From IMG/VR virus record IMGVR_UViG_3300021952_000001, positions 50,356 to 114,355 of that record: a stretch of 64,000 bases of DNA; one strand, 5' to 3'. Numbering within the stretch: the first letter of the stretch is position 1; each line of letters begins with the position of its first letter. The notes beneath the pieces are model-generated. The model worked only from the letters and a program-made list of their open reading frames with translations. It was not told where the DNA came from and did not search any database. The stretch comes from a virus (lineage: Duplodnaviria; Caudoviricetes). A program made the translations under genes and the position numbers. Shown here piece after piece: positions 60,358 to 64,000 of the stretch.

Positions 60358-60855
60358 ATGGCACTTCAAAATAAATTAAAAGCGTTTGTTCGATTTGATG
60401 GTTCAGGTCGTATAATCCCAAGTAGTTTGATCTTGCAAAAATCAAAACCAAAGGTAGGTAACTGGAAAGAAATCAATTCAACAGAATGTTGTAATTATGC
60501 TCCTACAACTACAACTACTAGTTCTACCAGTACATCTACTTCTACTAGCACTAGTAGTAGCACTACAACTACAACTACTACAGCTCCTCCTTTAGTGTAT
60601 AATGATTATGAAGCTAGTAGATTTACAGTATTTTTATGTCCTCCAAATACAGGAGCAGTTATAAATATGGGTGTACCAAATGGTGATATATCCACTGCAA
60701 GTATAATATATGCTGCTTTTACTCCTACATATTTTACACCAAATGAAGCAATTTATGTTAAGTTTGATCAATTAGGTATAACTTACACTAAACAATTTAC
60801 TATCAATTCAATTGGAGATGCTGCTGTTCCTACAGGAGCACAAGTACCTTGTTAA
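60358..60855 (+). CDS. Paralog: conserved N-module + Thr/Ser tract + C-module
   Basis: LKAFVR.DGSGR....SL.L.K.KPKVG.W.EI...ECCN shared with 60082..60354. Confidence 0.7.
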   Translation: MALQNKLKAFVRFDGSGRIIPSSLILQKSKPKVGNWKEINSTECCNYAPTTTTTSSTSTSTSTSTSSSTTTTTTTAPPLVYNDYEASRFTVFLCPPNTGAVINMGVPNGDISTASIIYAAFTPTYFTPNEAIYVKFDQLGITYTKQFTINSIGDAAVPTGAQVPC

Positions 60856-60873
60856 TAAACTAAATAAAAATAA

Positions 60874-61299
60874 ATGGCATTAAAATCATTATTCCCAGAA
60901 GAAATGATGGAGGGAGCAGGAGCTTCCTCCCTCTCTCTGGATTCTATAAAAGCCAAGCTTAACTATTTTGAATTACAGATTCATGAGTTACACTGGCAAA
61001 CTACTAGTCTCGCAGAGCATTTGGCCCTAGGTGATCTATATGATCTTGTCTTTAATGTTAAAGATGAGATTGTAGAAAAGATTATGGGGTATACAGGTAC
61101 AAGAACTAAAGCAATGAAAGTGGAAGAGATCAAAAACTATTCTGCAGGAATGCCTAATGTTGTTGTTAATGAACTTATTCTTTTTGCTAAAAAGCTTGAA
61201 GGGTTTGGAGAAGCTAATAACATGCCTGATATTGAAAACATAGCACAATCTCTTAGTGGAGATGCTGCTAAAATTAAATATAGATTAACACTCTCATAA
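60874..61299 (+). CDS. Ferritin/Dps-like four-helix protein
   Basis: HELHWQT....EH.ALG.LY......DE.VE pattern. Confidence 0.7.
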   Translation: MALKSLFPEEMMEGAGASSLSLDSIKAKLNYFELQIHELHWQTTSLAEHLALGDLYDLVFNVKDEIVEKIMGYTGTRTKAMKVEEIKNYSAGMPNVVVNELILFAKKLEGFGEANNMPDIENIAQSLSGDAAKIKYRLTLS

Positions 61300-61581
61300 A
61301 TGGAAATAAGCAGAAAATTCTTTCCCAAAGTTTTATTAGACAATGAAGAAGTTTATTTTGCTCACTTAGAGGGAGTAATAAATTCAGTTGATGAGTTATC
61401 TAGTCTTCAAATAACGAAGGCTAGTGGCTCATACGATTTTAGATTAGCACCTAGCTTACCTAAATATAATGGGATGTTACTAGAAGAGATTCTTAAACTA
61501 CATAACATATTTGGTATCAGACTAGAACTTTCTAAAAGCATAAAGTCTACAGGCACTATAATGTTTAAAATTGATTTGTAA
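61300..61581 (+). CDS. Hypothetical protein
   Basis: 93 aa, abuts the previous gene. Confidence 0.55.
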   Translation: MEISRKFFPKVLLDNEEVYFAHLEGVINSVDELSSLQITKASGSYDFRLAPSLPKYNGMLLEEILKLHNIFGIRLELSKSIKSTGTIMFKIDL

Positions 61582-61606
61582 GTATCACAATTATAGCATA
61601 TATTTG
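61575..61606 (+). promoter_or_regulatory. Canonical Bacteroidota -33/-7 promoter
   Basis: TTTG 61575-61578, 20-nt spacer, TATATTTG 61599-61606. Confidence 0.65.
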
Positions 61607-61635
61607 TGACATAAATCAATTAAAAATATTACATT

Positions 61636-61881
61636 ATGGCAATTTATGATGCTAACAAACGTTACACATGGACTCCTGAAGACACATTCACATTATCAGG
61701 AGCAGAATTTGGTCTAATTCTTAATACAGTTAGAGCTTATTTAGCTTCAGAAGAAGCTGCAAGGTTTCAATTGATGGTTCAAACAAATGAAGCTATTGAA
61801 AAAGTCATGTCTAGAGCTGTAGAAGCTGATGTGGTTAAAGAGGTTGAAGAACCAAAACCTACAATGGAAGTTGTAGAATAG
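61636..61881 (+). CDS. Hypothetical protein
   Basis: 81 aa with promoter and terminator. Confidence 0.6.
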   Translation: MAIYDANKRYTWTPEDTFTLSGAEFGLILNTVRAYLASEEAARFQLMVQTNEAIEKVMSRAVEADVVKEVEEPKPTMEVVE

Positions 61882-61886
61882 CACTA

Positions 61887-61917
61887 TAGCTGCTGGGTGA
61901 CGAATAGCAGCTGTTTT
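61887..61917 (+). terminator. Terminator-like hairpin
   Basis: TAGCTGCTG-N9-TAGCAGCTG-TTTT. Confidence 0.45.
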
Positions 61918-61936
61918 CAAACAAAAGCACTTCTCT

Positions 61937-62140
61937 ATGAGAATATATGAACCAAAGAATAGATTAGATGTTATTACACCAAAGGGGAGTGGGGTGATAT
62001 GGATCATTACTGATTATGGTCATGAGACAGATACCATTTACACTATTATTATTAATGAGACTGGTGAGTTGTGGCAATACACTCATAAAGACATTATTGT
62101 TAAACCTAATATAACATTTAGACGTTATGGCAACAATTAA
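61937..62140 (+). CDS. Hypothetical phage protein
   Basis: V.TP.G.G..W...DYG.E.D...TGE.W pattern. Confidence 0.55.
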   Translation: MRIYEPKNRLDVITPKGSGVIWIITDYGHETDTIYTIIINETGELWQYTHKDIIVKPNITFRRYGNN

Positions 62141-62549
62141 AAAACCTTTAATTAAAAGAGCTGATGGAAGTTCTTCACAACGTGGTTTGTGGGATAACAT
62201 CCGTGCTAATAAAGGATCTGGCAAACAACCTACTAAGGAAATGCTTCAACAAGAAAAGAAGATAAAACAAGCAAAGAATGGTGCTAGTACACCAGCTTGG
62301 ACCAGATCTGAAGGTAAAGATCCTAAAGGAGGACTTAATAGAAAGGGAGTAGCAAGTTATAGACGTGCTAATCCTGGCAGTAAATTAAAAATGGCTGTTA
62401 CAACACCTCCTTCTAAGCTTAAACCTGGAAGTAAATCTGCCAATAGAAGAAAAAGTTTTTGTGCTCGTATGTCTGGTGTTAAAGGTCCTATGAAAAAAGA
62501 TGGCAAACCTACAAGAAAAGCACTTGCTCTTCGTAAATGGAACTGCTAA
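62127..62549 (+). CDS. Small basic phage protein (SFCARM type)
   Basis: GLWDNIRA, GGLN.KG, RRKSFCARM, ALRKWNC. Confidence 0.7.
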   Translation: MATIKKPLIKRADGSSSQRGLWDNIRANKGSGKQPTKEMLQQEKKIKQAKNGASTPAWTRSEGKDPKGGLNRKGVASYRRANPGSKLKMAVTTPPSKLKPGSKSANRRKSFCARMSGVKGPMKKDGKPTRKALALRKWNC

Positions 62550-62580
62550 ATAATTAACAATTAATCTATAAAACAATACA

Positions 62581-62979
62581 ATGGCAACTATTAAAAAAAC
62601 TGGCATTAAAAAAGCCCAAAATGGAACTTCTAAACCTGGGGAAATGAGTGGTGTTAAAATCTCTGATAAAGATGTTGCAAAACATCCTCAAGATTTTCAA
62701 TACTTAAATGATATTCCTAAGTATAAAAAAATGTTAGATCCTAAGACTAATAAAAACTATCCTAAAAAGAAAAATGGTGGTTCTGTTTCCGCTGGGACTA
62801 AAGGTCAAGCTAAAAGAGTTGGTCCTGTAGATCCTAAAGGTGCATACACAAAAGTTCAAAAGAGAACATTAGGTGGTGCTAAAGGAAAAGCTTCTTTGAC
62901 GAAAGATAAAGAACTTGGTGCAACTAAAATGAAAACTGGTGGTTGTATGAAGTGTGGTGGTAAAATGTCTAAAAAATAA
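62581..62979 (+). CDS. Lys/Gly-rich small basic protein
   Basis: MATIKK start; KAQNG, KKNGG, MKTGG, MKCGG motifs. Confidence 0.6.
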   Translation: MATIKKTGIKKAQNGTSKPGEMSGVKISDKDVAKHPQDFQYLNDIPKYKKMLDPKTNKNYPKKKNGGSVSAGTKGQAKRVGPVDPKGAYTKVQKRTLGGAKGKASLTKDKELGATKMKTGGCMKCGGKMSKK

Positions 62980-62985
62980 TATATC

Positions 62986-63312
62986 ATGGCTACTATTAAA
63001 AAACTTATCCAAGATGCTCCAAGAATGAGAGGATCTTTACCTAAAAAAGCTAAAGCTGGTGGTTCATTTCCTGATCTTAATAAAGATGGAAAAATTACTA
63101 AAGCTGATGTTCTTAAAGGACGTGGTGTAATTGCTAAAAAAGGAGCTACTGTCAAAGCTAAAGATGGTAATTGGATCCAGAAAGCTGTTAATCCAAAACA
63201 TAAAGGATATTGCACACCAATGACAAAAGCTACATGTACACCTAAACGTAAAGCATTAGCTAAGACATTTAAGAAAATGGGTGCTGAGCGTAAAGCTAAA
63301 AATAATAAATAA
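62986..63312 (+). CDS. Small basic protein with EF-hand-like loop
   Basis: MATIKK start; DLNKDGKITKAD; WIQKA...ALAKTFKKM. Confidence 0.65.
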   Translation: MATIKKLIQDAPRMRGSLPKKAKAGGSFPDLNKDGKITKADVLKGRGVIAKKGATVKAKDGNWIQKAVNPKHKGYCTPMTKATCTPKRKALAKTFKKMGAERKAKNNK

Positions 63313-63392
63313 TGAACACTTGTCCTACACATCTTATTGAAAAGAGTGCTGAAGGATTGTGTCCTAAATGTTTAATTGAAAGTAATAAATAA
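63312..63392 (+). CDS. 26-aa putative zinc-binding miniprotein (not in ORF track)
   Basis: MNTCPTHLIEKSAEGLCPKCLIESNK, C-x2-H-x9-C-x2-C; TAATG-coupled on both sides. Confidence 0.55.
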   Translation: MNTCPTHLIEKSAEGLCPKCLIESNK

Positions 63393-63532
63393 TGAAATCA
63401 GGAAAACCTAGAAATGCACCAAAAGTGAAAGCTCCCAATCCTAAGAAGCCAAACTTCATGAAGGAAGCTGATACACCAAGTAGATTAAAAAGTCCTATGA
63501 CTCCAATGAAATCTAAGAGATTATCAAAATGA
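63392..63532 (+). CDS. 46-aa basic Pro/Lys-rich protein (not in ORF track)
   Basis: MKSGKPRNAPKVKAPNPKKPNFMKEADTPSRLKSPMTPMKSKRLSK. Confidence 0.55.
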   Translation: MKSGKPRNAPKVKAPNPKKPNFMKEADTPSRLKSPMTPMKSKRLSK

Positions 63533-64000
63533 GAAATGAATTAAACCAACTAACTACAGAACTTTCTTTTACTCCTATTACATTTATGGAAATAGGTAGT
63601 AGAGATGGACATGATACAAAGTATGTAGCAGACTACTGGAAACTAAATCCTGAAGATTGTTATATCATAGAAGCTTATCCAGCTCTATGTGATAGAATCA
63701 AAGCTATGTATCCACAGTTCAATACATTTGGATTTGCTGCTTCTAATAAAATAGGAACAGTTGAATTCAATGCTGTACCACTTACAGATCATGATAATAA
63801 CATAGGTATATCTTCTATATTAGAATGTGTTGCTTATGATGTTCCATCTAATAAGATAACTGTAGAGACAAACACCATATCAAACTTTCTAGATTACTTA
63901 GGTTTACCTGGAGTAGATCTTATTAAAATAGATGTTGAAGGGTTTACACAAGAAGTGCTACATGGATTTGAAGATAAGCTTCAGAACATTAAAGCTATTC
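63529..64000 (+). CDS. FkbM-family SAM-dependent methyltransferase, 3'-truncated (not in ORF track)
   Basis: FMEIGSRDG, IIEAYP, AASN..G, DLIKIDVEG...EVL.G; ATGA overlap with the previous stop. Confidence 0.85.
   Translation, partial: MRNELNQLTTELSFTPITFMEIGSRDGHDTKYVADYWKLNPEDCYIIEAYPALCDRIKAMYPQFNTFGFAASNKIGTVEFNAVPLTDHDNNIGISSILECVAYDVPSNKITVETNTISNFLDYLGLPGVDLIKIDVEGFTQEVLHGFEDKLQNIKAI

Noticed and set aside
1-64000. Stop-codon reassignment (TAG/TGA) known in some crAss-like phages
   Set aside because: Giant ORFs are intact under code 11, TAG/TGA end genes at sensible places, and no suppressor tRNA is seen

Overview
A 64 kb, AT-rich segment of a crAss-like phage (Crassvirales-type podovirus, Bacteroidota host inferred from TAnnTTTG promoter boxes and A-rich leaders lacking Shine-Dalgarno sites), read in the standard genetic code. 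It covers the virion module: major capsid protein, ring, auxiliary capsid and tail hub proteins, an IHF-like protein, a tail tubular protein and a split muzzle/tail-stabilisation gene. It continues with giant ejection proteins including a 3901-aa virion RNA polymerase (DFDID motif), two collagen-like (G-x-S)n fibre genes, a Hint-domain gene and a SET-domain gene. A lysis module is interrupted by a six-gene cell-envelope cassette (CsgG-like, cohesin-like, T9SS-CTD-like lipoprotein, beta-barrel). The window ends with paired head-fibre-like genes and small basic proteins. The strongest candidate for a new system is phage-encoded protein O-glycosylation of the virion: about ten structural proteins carry mucin-like poly-Thr/Ser tracts, two fibres are G-T-S repeats, and the window encodes a GT4 + Aah/TibC-type heptosyltransferase fusion, a plant SGT1/HPAT-like peptidyl O-glycosyltransferase and an FkbM methyltransferase. 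Other notable signals are a structured RNA cluster (initiator-like tRNA plus a D-armless tRNA-like fold), two promoter classes with fixed-distance upstream motifs, and a repeated [AYM]-[QK]-x-G(G) motif shared by cargo and small basic proteins. All family assignments come from motif recognition by eye and gene order; no database searches were run.
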